NCBI GenBank assembly: GCA_963777125.1
Contig: CAVZPN010000048.1
Coordinates: 1-64,000 of the forward strand
Length of the DNA stretch: 64,000 nucleotides
From: an uncultured archaeon
GTDB taxonomy: Archaea > Nanobdellota > Nanobdellia > Woesearchaeales > UBA9642
Direction: 5' to 3'
The translations under genes and the position numbers were made by a program. Below the pieces are notes generated by a model, which was given only the letters and a program-made list of their open reading frames with translations, made no database searches and was not told the DNA's origin. Position 1 is the first letter of the stretch; the number at the start of each line of letters is the position of its first letter. Of this stretch, positions 21,871 to 32,940 are shown in pieces.

Positions 21871-22467
21871 GTGTGTTTAATGAATGATACTCAATTAAAA
21901 GAAATAGTAAATAAGGGTGGCGTTGTTTGCCGAGTCATATTTGAAATAGCAGGCAATCCGAAAGAACATGTAGAACAAACATTAAAAGATTATATTGCAA
22001 AAATAAAGGAAGACCCAGATTATATATTCTTAAAAGAACATATAGAACCAGTAGAAGAAAATGAAGGTATATGGAGCACATTTAATGAATCAGAAATACT
22101 AATTACTAGTTTAGAAAAATTAAATATATTATGCTTTAATTTAGGTCCGGCTAGCGTAGAAATATTATTACCTGAAGAAAGAAACTTTACAGAAAAAGGA
22201 TTAACAAATCTATATAATGATTTCATATCTAAAATACATGAAGTTGGAATGGAAATAAAAAGCCTAGGTAATGAAAATAATCTATTAAAAGTGAATCTTA
22301 ATAGAGCCATTAGAAATTGCATAATATTAACTTTAACCGAACCAAAAACAAAAGAAGAAATATCAGAAAAAACAGGAATTGATACAAATCATTTACAAGC
22401 ATTTTTAGAATTACTTATTAAAGAAAAAAGTTTGGTGAAAAATGGTGAAAAGTATCACAAAAATTAA
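21871..22467 (+). CDS. Hypothetical protein with C-terminal winged-helix-like segment, overlapping the scpB start
   Basis: Intact ORF, 26-nt overlap with the downstream ScpB gene. Confidence 0.4.
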   Translation: MCLMNDTQLKEIVNKGGVVCRVIFEIAGNPKEHVEQTLKDYIAKIKEDPDYIFLKEHIEPVEENEGIWSTFNESEILITSLEKLNILCFNLGPASVEILLPEERNFTEKGLTNLYNDFISKIHEVGMEIKSLGNENNLLKVNLNRAIRNCIILTLTEPKTKEEISEKTGIDTNHLQAFLELLIKEKSLVKNGEKYHKN

Positions 22468-23668
22468 GAAAATAGATTCTAAAATATCTAAAAAAGAAAA
22501 AATATCTAAAGTAGATACCATTAAATCATCAGTTGATCCAGTACAAGAATTAGTTGAAACATATCATAATGAAACAACTGAATCAGAGAAAGAAACAGTT
22601 TCATTAAAAGATATTACAGATAAAATTCTAGAAAAAACAGTTTTGTTTGAAGATCATAGTATAGAAGAATCTAAAGACAAAAAAGTATTTGAAGATAAGA
22701 CCAACCCATTGATGGATAATAAATCTAAAGTTGAAGCAATATTATTTGCTGTAGGTAAATATCTTGATGAAGAAAGTATTATGCAATTATGTGATCTTGA
22801 TAAAAGACATGTAAAAAAAGCACTCGAAGAATTAAAAAAAGATTATGATTCAAGAAACAATGCATTAATGATTACTGTTGAAGGTAGTAGTTGGAAAATA
22901 AACGTAAAAGAAAAATATCTTTCATTAGTTAGAAAAGTAGTTTCCGATACTGAATTATCTAAATCCATAATGGAAACACTTGCAGTAATTGCATGGAAAA
23001 CCCCTATTTATCAAAATGAAGTTGTAAGAATTAGAGGAAATAAGTGTTATGATCATATTGAAGAATTAGATAATGCAGGATTTATTACTAAAGATAAAAA
23101 AGGCAGAAGTTATATTATTAAAACCACAGATAAATTCTATAATTATTTTGATATTGATAGGAAAAACTTATCCGGAATAATGAATGAAGCAAAATTACCA
23201 ACTAAACAAACAACACTTGAAGAAGTAAATAAAGTTGAAGAAACACCATATAGTCGAGAAAAATTATTACATTCACTTGAAACAATTGAAACAAAAAGTA
23301 TAATTAGAACTGAAGAAGATAAAAATAAAGAAAAAGAATTCTTAGATAGTATGCATCAAAAAATTGAAGATGCATCAAAAAGAACCGATGAAGTAATAGC
23401 AGAATTACCTAAATCAATACCCGAACCTGAACCAGCAATTGAACCTACAGAAATTCCTAAAGTCCTTGAAGGAGAGGCAGTTGTTGAAAAGAATGATGAA
23501 GATATAATAATTAATACTGAAACAGATACAACTGAACATCACTTTCAAAAACCAGAAGAACAAATACAAAAACAGAAAGTTCTAACTAAAAAACAATTAG
23601 AAAAGAAATTCAAAGACGAACTATTAAGAGTTAAAGAAAGAAGCGATTCTAAAAATATTAAAAAATAA
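22442..23668 (+). CDS. scpB: Segregation and condensation protein B (ScpB) homologue with long acidic/basic C-terminal extension
   Basis: KVEAILFAVGKYL ... METLAVIAWKTPIYQNEVVRIRGNKCYDHIEELDNAGFI matches the tandem winged-helix ScpB signature. Confidence 0.6.
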   Translation: MVKSITKIKKIDSKISKKEKISKVDTIKSSVDPVQELVETYHNETTESEKETVSLKDITDKILEKTVLFEDHSIEESKDKKVFEDKTNPLMDNKSKVEAILFAVGKYLDEESIMQLCDLDKRHVKKALEELKKDYDSRNNALMITVEGSSWKINVKEKYLSLVRKVVSDTELSKSIMETLAVIAWKTPIYQNEVVRIRGNKCYDHIEELDNAGFITKDKKGRSYIIKTTDKFYNYFDIDRKNLSGIMNEAKLPTKQTTLEEVNKVEETPYSREKLLHSLETIETKSIIRTEEDKNKEKEFLDSMHQKIEDASKRTDEVIAELPKSIPEPEPAIEPTEIPKVLEGEAVVEKNDEDIIINTETDTTEHHFQKPEEQIQKQKVLTKKQLEKKFKDELLRVKERSDSKNIKK

Positions 23669-23679
23669 CTAGAGTAAAA

Positions 23680-23856
23680 ATGTTAAAAGTATCTTGTCCT
23701 AAATGCAAAAAAGTTCAAAATTATGAACCTAAAATAAAAAATATCAATCATTATTCTATAACAACAAAAATTAAAAGATGTGTTTATTGCGGCTACTCAT
23801 TTAAAGTACATTCTAATCAAGAAAAAAGCAGAATAGTCGAGAATGTAAGGAAATAA
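23680..23856 (+). CDS. Small zinc-ribbon protein (58 aa), not in the supplied ORF track
   Basis: Manual translation MLKVSCPKCKKV...RCVYCGYSF with two C-x-x-C pairs. Confidence 0.4.
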   Translation: MLKVSCPKCKKVQNYEPKIKNINHYSITTKIKRCVYCGYSFKVHSNQEKSRIVENVRK

Positions 23857-23863
23857 AAAAAAC

Positions 23864-24490
23864 TTAGTTAATATAGTCCCAAATATACTTTTCATGACCT
23901 TTTTTTAGACTATTTCGTTCTAATTCATCAGAGCCAATACAAATATCTACATGTACGGATCCGTTTTCTCTTAGAATATTTGAAGTAGAGTTATCTCTAA
24001 ATATCAAAGCATTCATAGATAAAAATGGATCATACCTGCATGAACTTCTAACTAAATCTACAAATGAATCATATGTAAAACCGAAAGTTCTTACTAAATT
24101 CTTATTAATGTACCAATCAGCAACATATTTGTTAGTTGTTCCTATTTCTAATTTTTCTGGCACTACATCTAGAGGTATTCTAGCATTCATAAACTCTTTT
24201 TCTGCTTTATCATTTTGAATGTATGATTCTTTTAATAAGACATAAACATTTCTTGTCGGAAAATTACTTGTCGTATTTTCTGAAAAAGTATATGTTAATT
24301 TTATATAATCTCTTTCATCTCCTTTAGGAATCACTAATTTGCCAGTATCCATTAAATCACTAAGTTCGCGTTCTAATGAAATTCTTCTTTGCAAATCTTT
24401 CTCAATAACTATAATGGATTCCGTTATACTGTTGCTTGTCAATATCTTATAACATTCATTTAATTTCACTAATAAATTATTTTTACTCAT
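23864..24490 (-). CDS. Hypothetical protein
   Basis: Intact 208-aa ORF. Confidence 0.4.
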   Translation of the reverse strand: MSKNNLLVKLNECYKILTSNSITESIIVIEKDLQRRISLERELSDLMDTGKLVIPKGDERDYIKLTYTFSENTTSNFPTRNVYVLLKESYIQNDKAEKEFMNARIPLDVVPEKLEIGTTNKYVADWYINKNLVRTFGFTYDSFVDLVRSSCRYDPFLSMNALIFRDNSTSNILRENGSVHVDICIGSDELERNSLKKGHEKYIWDYIN

Positions 24491-24498
24491 GATTTCAC

Positions 24499-24891
24499 CT
24501 ACTTTGCATATATTGTATTTATCGAATCCATCTTCGTACGATAAATTGCATCTAGATTAGTTCTCTCTGTTGCTAAATTCTTTATTTTATTATCTAAAGA
24601 ATCTTTCATCTTAGCTTGTTCTGCCTCAACAATAGATTTGTAGGACTCAAAACCACCATCTTTTCTTTGTAGATAAATTTCACTATTACCTAAAACTAAA
24701 TCAGGTAAAGTATCTTTATTGACGTATTCTATTCTAGTTTTTTCAACTAAAGGAATATAAGCGTCTTTAGTTATAAAATAATTAAAAGCATTACCCACAA
24801 TAAAAGTTAAAGCACTAATCGAAACTGATTGAGTAAAAGTAAATATTTGTTTATTTTTTTTATCATTTTTATGTTCTTCAGCCATTTTCAT
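24499..24891 (-). CDS. Hypothetical membrane-anchored coiled-coil protein
   Basis: One predicted TM near the N-terminus. Confidence 0.4.
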   Translation of the reverse strand: MKMAEEHKNDKKNKQIFTFTQSVSISALTFIVGNAFNYFITKDAYIPLVEKTRIEYVNKDTLPDLVLGNSEIYLQRKDGGFESYKSIVEAEQAKMKDSLDNKIKNLATERTNLDAIYRTKMDSINTIYAK

Positions 24892-25023
24892 CTCCTCCTC
24901 TTTTATTCATTTTAATTAACTACTTCTTAATAGTTAATAGTATAAGAAGTATATTAATATTTATCCTCCCTTTTGAGACTACATAGAAAAGTTTATATAC
25001 GAGTCTAAGTAATAAGAATAATT

Positions 25024-25767
25024 ATGGATACAAAAATACTCGAAGAACTGGGACTCACACAATCAGAAATTAAAACATACATTACATTATTAGAGTTAGG
25101 CAGCAGTACTGCAGGATTAATTCTAGAAAAATCTAGTTTGCAAAATAGTGTTGTTCATCGTGCATTAAATAGTTTAATAGAAAAAGGATTAATAAATTAT
25201 GTTCTTGAAGGTAGAAGAAAAATATATCAAGCAACAAATCCTGAAAATTTCATTACATATATAGATAATAAAAAGCAAAGTTTCATGGAGATATTACCTG
25301 AACTAAAACAAAAACAAAACGTACTAAAAAAACAAGAAGCTGCAACAATATACAAAGGAAAAAGAGGCATTCAAGAAGTATATTATACACTGATTAATCA
25401 ACCAATAAAAGAAGTTAAAGAATATCTAACATTTGGAGGAGGAGAAGAATGTGCAAATTTTATGGGATTACATTGGTGGCTAAACATGCATACAAAACGT
25501 GTAGAAAATAAATTACCCTCAAGACAAGTATTTGATGAAAGCGTAAGACCAATAGGAAAAGATATAGAATCAAAAAAATTAACAAATATAAAATATTTAT
25601 CAAAAGAATTTGCTCAATTTCAAGAAACAGTTATAGTTGGAGATTATGTTGCTATAAACGTATTTACAGAAAATGCATATAGTTTTCTAATCAAAGATAA
25701 GAAAGTTGCGGACGGATATAGAAAATATTTTGAACTTCTATGGAAGATTAGCAAAACATATAAATAA
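25024..25767 (+). CDS. TrmB-family transcriptional regulator
   Basis: N-terminus ILEELGLTQSEIKTYITLLELGSSTAGLILEKSSL...VHRALNSLIEKGL typical TrmB wHTH. Confidence 0.6.
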   Translation: MDTKILEELGLTQSEIKTYITLLELGSSTAGLILEKSSLQNSVVHRALNSLIEKGLINYVLEGRRKIYQATNPENFITYIDNKKQSFMEILPELKQKQNVLKKQEAATIYKGKRGIQEVYYTLINQPIKEVKEYLTFGGGEECANFMGLHWWLNMHTKRVENKLPSRQVFDESVRPIGKDIESKKLTNIKYLSKEFAQFQETVIVGDYVAINVFTENAYSFLIKDKKVADGYRKYFELLWKISKTYK

Positions 25768-25798
25768 AAATATAAAATTCTTTAAGATAGGTGATTAA

Positions 25799-26542
25799 AT
25801 GAAAAATGTAAAGAAAGATACAAAAATTAAAGCAAAAGAAATAATCAATAAATCAAATAAAGATACAAGAGATATAGTAATACTAAGCCTTGGTGGATCA
25901 TTAATAGTTCCTGAAGATGTTGACGTAGAATTTCTAAAATCATTCAAGACATTAATATTAAGTCAATTAAAAAATCATAGATTTGTATTAATTACTGGTG
26001 GCGGAAAGACATGTAGAAAGTATAATGATGCAGCTATGCAAATAACTAAGCTTGAAAATGTCGACTTAGATTGGATGGGAATAAGTGCTACAAGATTAAA
26101 CGCTCAATTAGTAAAAAGTATATTTAAAGGATACGTACATGATGAAGTAATATCAAATCCTACACTAAAAATCAATTTTAAAGAAGATGTTTTAATTGGA
26201 TGTGGCTGGGTGCCTGGCTGCAGTAGCGATATGGATGCAATACTTCTAGCTAAAAATCTAGGCGTTAAAACAGTAATTAACCTGAGTAATATCGACTACG
26301 CATATACTAAAGATCCAAAGAAATATCCCGATGCAGTAAAAATGGAAAAAACTACTTGGAAAGAATTTAAGAAAATTGTAGGCGATAAATGGGTTCCTGG
26401 CCTAAATGCCCCATTCGATCCAATGGCCGCAATTGAAGCTGAGAAACAAGGAATAAAAGTAATAATTGCTAATGGTAAAAACCTAAAGAATCTTCAAGAT
26501 TGTTTAGATAAAAAGAAATTTATCGGAACAATTATTGAGTAA
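25799..26542 (+). CDS. pyrH: UMP kinase (amino-acid kinase family)
   Basis: IVILSLGGSLI, FVLITGGGKTCRKY, SSDMDAILLAKNLG, YTKDPKKYPDA motifs. Confidence 0.6.
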   Translation: MKNVKKDTKIKAKEIINKSNKDTRDIVILSLGGSLIVPEDVDVEFLKSFKTLILSQLKNHRFVLITGGGKTCRKYNDAAMQITKLENVDLDWMGISATRLNAQLVKSIFKGYVHDEVISNPTLKINFKEDVLIGCGWVPGCSSDMDAILLAKNLGVKTVINLSNIDYAYTKDPKKYPDAVKMEKTTWKEFKKIVGDKWVPGLNAPFDPMAAIEAEKQGIKVIIANGKNLKNLQDCLDKKKFIGTIIE

Positions 26543-26599
26543 AGATAATTTGCTTTTTTATTTTTAATATTATCAATATCAGAACAAAAGTTTAATAAG

Positions 26600-27607
26600 T
26601 TAATCAGATACCATCGATAACTTAGGAAATCCGGTATATCCCATATATTCATAATTCTTAATTATCCCTGCAAACTTAATCATAATTTCTTCTAATATTT
26701 GCAAAAGATGAGATAAATCTTTAACAACTATTTCGCATTCAAAATCTGCTCCACCAATTGATTTATTTATTTGATAAAAATATTTATGATGCTTAATATA
26801 TTCAAATAGTTCTCTGTTCTTAGCCATAGAATTCAATGTAAAATCTACACGATATCCTTGATAACCTAATTTAGGCAAGTTTATATCTATTTTATATCCA
26901 ACGATAACTTTATTTTGTTCGAGTAATCGTATTCTTCGACGTACAGTCTCTATACTAACACCAGATTGCTTTGAAATAGTTTGTAAACTTTGACGTACAT
27001 CAGATACATATATTTTTAAAATAGTTTCATCAACACCATCATGTTCAACATAACCTTTCTCACCATACACTCTTGAAATTAATTCTTTATCTTCATAAAA
27101 AAATCTTTTATTAAAATTATATATCGGCGCATATATAGCAATTTTATGTTCTGAAATATACTCTTTATATTTTAACATGAGTTCATTCCAAATTTTATGA
27201 AACTTTTCAATATATTCGTCTCGCTTTATTCCTATAAAAAATGCAAAATCCCATTTTCCATGAAGTTCTGTTGTAGTCCATATATTTTCATAATTACCAA
27301 TATCTTCATAGAATTGCTTTTTTAATAATGCTGTTACATTTTGCCATTTAATATAAATTCTAAAAGTTAAATATCCAAATTTAGACATATCAACAATAGC
27401 TGTGAAGTTTCTAATAATACCTTGATTTACTAAACGATTTATTCTAAAATTGACTGTTTCTTTTGAACGTTTTACTTTTTTTGCTAAAATACTCACAGGA
27501 ATAGATGAATCTTTTTCTAGTTCGAATAAAATCTTCTTGTCAAGCAAATCTAATAACATACTAAGATATTTGAGCTTGAATTTAAATATTTTCCTATTAG
27601 AAACCAT
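26600..27607 (-). CDS. Tandem (duplicated) Lrp/AsnC-like regulator
   Basis: Two HTH+RAM-like halves, each ending in a KFGY/KLGY motif. Confidence 0.5.
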   Translation of the reverse strand: MVSNRKIFKFKLKYLSMLLDLLDKKILFELEKDSSIPVSILAKKVKRSKETVNFRINRLVNQGIIRNFTAIVDMSKFGYLTFRIYIKWQNVTALLKKQFYEDIGNYENIWTTTELHGKWDFAFFIGIKRDEYIEKFHKIWNELMLKYKEYISEHKIAIYAPIYNFNKRFFYEDKELISRVYGEKGYVEHDGVDETILKIYVSDVRQSLQTISKQSGVSIETVRRRIRLLEQNKVIVGYKIDINLPKLGYQGYRVDFTLNSMAKNRELFEYIKHHKYFYQINKSIGGADFECEIVVKDLSHLLQILEEIMIKFAGIIKNYEYMGYTGFPKLSMVSD

Positions 27608-27716
27608 ATTATGAGAAATTAATAAAAATAATGAAAGAAATTATTATATACTAGTATCACTAGGTAATAGCAATAAGTATTAAAAACTAACATATTAAAA
27701 AAGCAGGTGACTAAAA

Positions 27717-28682
27717 ATGAATTCAAATAAAAATAGAAGAACACTAAGTAATATGGTTGAAATTAGTGATACAATTAATAATTTATTAGAACAAATAGAA
27801 AGTGCTAAAAACAATAATAGTGAAAAACATTTTGCTACAGCTCAAGAAATAGCAAAGGCGAGAAGTGAATACGGTTGGAGCACCATATTTGGAATACTAG
27901 TTAATCCCTATGCTAATACGCAAATAGTTGTTAATCCAAAAAAAGATGCAGTGTATATCATAAATAATGATGGTCCAATAACGGCAAATAGATTAAATGA
28001 AGCATTAAAATCACCCCGTCGAAATTTTATATCAACAAATAATTCTCAATGGAAGAACGGATTAGCTTTAACGGATAACGAAGTAGAAGAAATTACAACT
28101 AAATATAAACCTGAAGCAAGATATGATTTGAGCGAATTAAAAAAAATACAATCTAGAGAATACAACTATAATAAATTATTAATTACAAATAACGAATCAT
28201 CAATCAGACCATTAAAATTCGCATATCCTCAAGCAAACATATTAGACATTATTTCTGGAGGAGATATTGAAATTGCAAAGAATTATTTATACAAACTAAT
28301 AGAAATGAATATTTCAAATAGTAGTAATAATTATAATAAAACCACACAATGCGACAGAGTTTATGTTCATAACCCCTTCGAAAATCTTAATGTGAAAAAA
28401 CCATTTGCATCAATTATACAATTTTATGGAGGATATAATAATGTACAAGACGTCGGATTTAAATTTAATACATTATATCTCAAAGGAAATTCTCAAATAA
28501 ATAGAACAGAAAGCATGCTACAAATACCAAATAATACAAATAATATATTAACAGTACAAGAGAATAGATTCCATATTGCACAAACGTATCTTCTCGCCAG
28601 AGAATTTATTCCGCCAATATTAATACAAAAATATGAAAAGCAACTACACGATGAATGGCGCAACTTAAACAGAGAAATATAA
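27717..28682 (+). CDS. Hypothetical protein
   Basis: Intact 321-aa ORF. Confidence 0.4.
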   Translation: MNSNKNRRTLSNMVEISDTINNLLEQIESAKNNNSEKHFATAQEIAKARSEYGWSTIFGILVNPYANTQIVVNPKKDAVYIINNDGPITANRLNEALKSPRRNFISTNNSQWKNGLALTDNEVEEITTKYKPEARYDLSELKKIQSREYNYNKLLITNNESSIRPLKFAYPQANILDIISGGDIEIAKNYLYKLIEMNISNSSNNYNKTTQCDRVYVHNPFENLNVKKPFASIIQFYGGYNNVQDVGFKFNTLYLKGNSQINRTESMLQIPNNTNNILTVQENRFHIAQTYLLAREFIPPILIQKYEKQLHDEWRNLNREI

Positions 28683-28707
28683 TTTTAATAAAAAAAGGTG
28701 ATTAAAA

Positions 28708-29079
28708 ATGCATTATAAAAAAATAATAGTTGGAATAGGATTAATAGGGAGTACAATATTAACATATAATATCGGAAAAAATCAAGGCTATAATCAAGGA
28801 TACAATCAAGGTTTTGAAGATACAAAAACGGAAATAAGAAAATACGCAGTTAATCTAAAACAAGGAATATACAGAAGAGAACAAGAAGCTACGCAAGTAT
28901 GTTGGAGTTGGACAGACACAACAAAAATTTATACATACGGAAAAGCGTACCAGTTTGAAAAAGATGCCTTCAGAGATTGCTATATAAAAATAGACGACGC
29001 GATAAATTACGATATAGATAGATTAACGAAAGGAGATTTAATTAAAACAATTAAATTTAATAAATTATATGAAAAATAA
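28708..29079 (+). CDS. Small membrane-anchored protein with NQGY x3 repeat
   Basis: N-terminal TM then NQGYNQGYNQGF. Confidence 0.4.
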   Translation: MHYKKIIVGIGLIGSTILTYNIGKNQGYNQGYNQGFEDTKTEIRKYAVNLKQGIYRREQEATQVCWSWTDTTKIYTYGKAYQFEKDAFRDCYIKIDDAINYDIDRLTKGDLIKTIKFNKLYEK

Positions 29080-29159
29080 AAAGCTAATATTAAGATTAAA
29101 TTTTCCTTTATTATTTTTCTATTTCTTATTTTCTCGTCTTTAAAAAGCCAAATATCCAA

Positions 29160-29182
29160 CCAAAACACTTATAAATAAAGTC
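29160..29182 (+). promoter_or_regulatory. Candidate archaeal TATA box (TTATAAATAA) about 45-55 nt upstream of the gyrA start
   Basis: Sequence motif only. Confidence 0.3.
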
Positions 29183-29224
29183 TATTTCTTTTTAGTATTC
29201 TATTAAAGATAAACTAAAGATAAA

Positions 29225-31705
29225 ATGGCTGAAGATAAGAACATAAAACGAGTAAAAAGTGCGAGTGCAGATGATGCGAACATCGTCATGCAGACACTTG
29301 AAGAAGAGATGAAGAAATCTTATCTAGATTATGCAATGTCGGTAATTATCGGAAGAGCACTACCTGACGTTAAAGATGGCTTAAAACCAGTTCATAGAAG
29401 AATATTATATGCTATGAATGAATTAAATAATACTTATAATAAACCGTACAAGAAATGTGCAAGAATCGTTGGAGAAGTACTTGGTAAGTATCATCCTCAT
29501 GGCGATAGTGCAGTATACGATTCTATGGTTAGAATGGCTCAAGAATTCTCACTTAGATACCCGTTAGTGCAAGGTCAAGGAAATTTTGGTTCTATTGATG
29601 GAGATTCAGCTGCAGCAATGAGATATACTGAAGCGCGATTAGCTAAAATCTCTGATGAAATGCTACAAGATATAGATAAAGAAACAGTAGAATTTACACC
29701 AAATTTCGATGGTACATTAAAAGAACCTGCTGTTATGCCGAGTAAATTTCCTAATTTATTTATTAACGGAAGTAGCGGTATTGCTGTAGGTATGGCAACA
29801 AATATTCCTCCACACAATATTACTGAAATGTGCAGCGCAGTAATAAGTGCAATTGATAATCCAGATATTAGTACAGAAGAATTATTACAAATAGTTAAAG
29901 GTCCTGATTTTCCAACTGGCGCAGAAATTATTGGTAGAAGCGGAATAATTAGCGCATATAATACTGGTCGAGGAAGCGTTAGAATACGATCAGTAATTGA
30001 AATGGAAGAGAAAAAGGATAGAAAAAGATTAATTGTAAAAGAAATACCTTATCAAGTAAATAAAGCTCAATTAGTAGAAAACATTGCTGAATTAGTTAAA
30101 GAGAAAAAAATTCCTGAAATTAGCGATCTAAGAGATGAATCAGATAGAGATGGAGTTAGAATAGTAATTGAATTAAAAAGAGATGCAAATCCTGAAATAA
30201 TAAAAAATATGTTATATAAATATTCTAGATTAGAAGATAATTTTGGAATAAATGTTGTTGCAATTGTAAACAATGAACCTAAATTATTATCATTAAAATT
30301 ATATTTAAGACACTATATCGAGCATAGAATAGATGTTGTACGTAAGAGATGCATCTTTGATTTAAGAAAAGCTGAAGAAAGAGCACACATTCTTGAAGGA
30401 TTAAAATTAGCATTACATAATATTGACGATATTATTAATATTATCAGAAATAGCAAGAGTGCTGAAGATGATGCTAAAAAATCATTAATGGATAAATACA
30501 AATTTAGTGAAGCTCAAACTAATGCTATTTTAGAAATGAAAATAAGAAGACTTGCAATGCTTGAGCAAGAAAAAATAAATAACGAATATAGTGAATTAAA
30601 AGTGCAAATAACAGACTTGAAAGACATATTAAATTCCGAAACTAGAGTTAGAACAATAATCAAAACAGAAATGGATGAAATAATTCATACATATGGTAAA
30701 AATGATTCTCGTAAAACAAAAATTGTAGATGCTCCAGATGATGATAATGATTTTGAAATGGAAGATTTAATACCGAATGAAACTGTTGTAATAACAATGT
30801 CTCATTCGGGATATGTTAAAAGATTACCTATTGAAACATATAAAGTTCAAAATAGAGGCGGAAAAGGAGTAATGGCAACAGACTTAAAAGATGAAGATTA
30901 CATTGAAAGATTATTCATCGCAAAAACTCACTCTTACCTACTAATAATTACAAATAAAGGACAATTATATTGGCTTAAAGCGTATAAATTACCTGATGCA
31001 TCAAGACAATCTATGGGTAAAGCAATAGTTAATCTACTCGAATTAGAAGTTGATGAGAAAGTTAATGCAATAATACCAGTTGACGAATTTAATGATAAAC
31101 ATTACATTGTAATGGCAACCAAGAATGGAACTATTAAGAAAACAAATTTAATAGAATTCTCAAATCCAAGAAAAGGCGGAATTGCAGCAATAAATTTAGA
31201 TACTGAACTTAAAGATCAATTAGTAAATGTTGTAATGACTGATGGCACAAAAGACATAATGCTTGCAACAAAAAAAGGACTTGCATCAAGATTTAACGAA
31301 GAAGATGTAAGAGCAACAGGAAGAACAAGTCAAGGAGTTCGTGGAATAAGACTTGCAAAAGATGATTCTGTTGTAGGAATGATAATTGCTGAAGATAGTC
31401 ATCAAGTATTAACACTTACAGAAAATGGTTACGGTAAAAAAACAGATACAACAGAATATAGACAAATTAATAGAGGAGGAAAAGGTGTGAGAAACATACT
31501 TTGCTCTGAAAGAAACGGTAATGTTTCGGTAATATTATCTGTTACAGATACTGATGATGTATTATTCATATCAAAGAAAGGAATAATTATTAGAACGCCA
31601 TGCGATCAAATATCAACTGTTGGAAGAAGCACTCAAGGAGTAAGATTAATGAAACTTGGCGCAAGCGATAAAGCAATTAATATGACAAAGATATTGAAGG
31701 AATAA
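29225..31705 (+). CDS. gyrA: DNA gyrase subunit A
   Basis: [32 protein letters not shown] and active-site region; 826 aa; repeated beta-pinwheel C-terminal blades. Confidence 0.9.
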   Translation: MAEDKNIKRVKSASADDANIVMQTLEEEMKKSYLDYAMSVIIGRALPDVKDGLKPVHRRILYAMNELNNTYNKPYKKCARIVGEVLGKYHPHGDSAVYDSMVRMAQEFSLRYPLVQGQGNFGSIDGDSAAAMRYTEARLAKISDEMLQDIDKETVEFTPNFDGTLKEPAVMPSKFPNLFINGSSGIAVGMATNIPPHNITEMCSAVISAIDNPDISTEELLQIVKGPDFPTGAEIIGRSGIISAYNTGRGSVRIRSVIEMEEKKDRKRLIVKEIPYQVNKAQLVENIAELVKEKKIPEISDLRDESDRDGVRIVIELKRDANPEIIKNMLYKYSRLEDNFGINVVAIVNNEPKLLSLKLYLRHYIEHRIDVVRKRCIFDLRKAEERAHILEGLKLALHNIDDIINIIRNSKSAEDDAKKSLMDKYKFSEAQTNAILEMKIRRLAMLEQEKINNEYSELKVQITDLKDILNSETRVRTIIKTEMDEIIHTYGKNDSRKTKIVDAPDDDNDFEMEDLIPNETVVITMSHSGYVKRLPIETYKVQNRGGKGVMATDLKDEDYIERLFIAKTHSYLLIITNKGQLYWLKAYKLPDASRQSMGKAIVNLLELEVDEKVNAIIPVDEFNDKHYIVMATKNGTIKKTNLIEFSNPRKGGIAAINLDTELKDQLVNVVMTDGTKDIMLATKKGLASRFNEEDVRATGRTSQGVRGIRLAKDDSVVGMIIAEDSHQVLTLTENGYGKKTDTTEYRQINRGGKGVRNILCSERNGNVSVILSVTDTDDVLFISKKGIIIRTPCDQISTVGRSTQGVRLMKLGASDKAINMTKILKE

Positions 31706-32211
31706 TGAAACTAAATCTCACAAAAGAAGAAATAAAAGAAACAGTATTACATTTTGGAGAAACAACTATATTACGAAATAATTATGAAAATAATATCCCT
31801 AATGTAGTAGTCGAAATATTCTTCGAAAAATACAACCATATAAAAATATATGGTCCGAGTTTAGAAACTTTCGGACAAATTTCTACTCACACATTTAAAA
31901 ACTTTTTAGAAAGAAACGGAACAATAGAAGCATTACTTACAGAAGATTTAGAATCTAATAAAAATTCACTTATTTCCAAATTCTATCTAGAATATCAAAA
32001 TAATATACAAATAAAATTCATTCAAGATAACAAATTAAAAATTTCAGAAGAAGATGAATATAGATCATATCTAATAATAGGAGATGAAAAAGGCTTTATT
32101 TTTAAACAACATCATAAAAAAGATTCTTCTAAAAGTTATATTTTTGATTCTTTAAACAACGCAAAACAAACCAATACATTAAATGAAATATTTAATCGTT
32201 TAAAAAATTAG
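31705..32211 (+). CDS. Hypothetical protein, paralogue 1, translationally coupled to gyrA
   Basis: Start ATG overlaps the gyrA stop by 1 nt (TAATG); about 40% identical to the next ORF. Confidence 0.5.
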   Translation: MKLNLTKEEIKETVLHFGETTILRNNYENNIPNVVVEIFFEKYNHIKIYGPSLETFGQISTHTFKNFLERNGTIEALLTEDLESNKNSLISKFYLEYQNNIQIKFIQDNKLKISEEDEYRSYLIIGDEKGFIFKQHHKKDSSKSYIFDSLNNAKQTNTLNEIFNRLKN

Positions 32212-32328
32212 AATAATATTAAAAAAATAAAATTCTAAAGGAATAACTTTATCTAAAAATCAGCCTTATATTATAATTACTTCTCAAAAATGAGAACATT
32301 TAAATATTCTTAAGAAAGCTAGAATAAT

Positions 32329-32940
32329 ATGACTATGATATCTAAAGAAGACTTCGCAAGAAAAACAATAACAGAATGGGCAAGATTAAAAGAACCATGT
32401 ACGTATAAACCAACTTGCGAACACAATGTGCCAAGCATATTCTTAGAAACCTTTTTTAATAATTATAATAATATAAAATTATACGGTTCGAGCCTAGAAG
32501 CTTTTGGAAATCTTCCAACTCAAACATTTAAAGACTTTTTAGATAGAAATGGAACACTTGAATTACTACTTACAGAAAAATTAGAACCGCATTCTATTGA
32601 AACTCCTTCACTTATTTCTAAATTTTTAACAAAATATGAGAAAAACATAACTGTAAACCATGTAGATTTACAAATAATTAAAAATAAAATAGTAGAAAAA
32701 CAGAATCAGAAAAAAAGCAGTTTAATTGAAGAAATAAAAGCACTTGATACACCTAAATTTGAAGAAGAACCAGAAGAAGACTATGAGGAGTATTTTATAA
32801 CCGCAGATGATTCAGCATTTATTTTCAAAGAACATCATAAATATAACCCTAAAAGTTACTTTTTTTATTCTTTTAACAATATAGAAGAAGCTGCTAAATT
32901 AAATAACGCATTTGAGTATTTTAAAACTTTGAAAAATTAA
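32329..32940 (+). CDS. Hypothetical protein, paralogue 2 of the gyrA-coupled gene
   Basis: Shared blocks F(F/L)E.(F/Y)N.IK.YG.SLE.FG ... F.(D/N)FL.RNGT.E.LLTE.LE and C-terminal IFK.HHK...KSY.F.S.NN. Confidence 0.5.
   Translation: MTMISKEDFARKTITEWARLKEPCTYKPTCEHNVPSIFLETFFNNYNNIKLYGSSLEAFGNLPTQTFKDFLDRNGTLELLLTEKLEPHSIETPSLISKFLTKYEKNITVNHVDLQIIKNKIVEKQNQKKSSLIEEIKALDTPKFEEEPEEDYEEYFITADDSAFIFKEHHKYNPKSYFFYSFNNIEEAAKLNNAFEYFKTLKN

Noticed and set aside
27717-29224. gyrB upstream of gyrA
   Set aside because: The upstream ORFs (321 aa and 123 aa) lack GHKL ATPase and TOPRIM motifs; gyrB must lie elsewhere or be absent.
29575-30501. Three minus-strand ORFs inside gyrA
   Set aside because: Antisense frames within a high-confidence gene.
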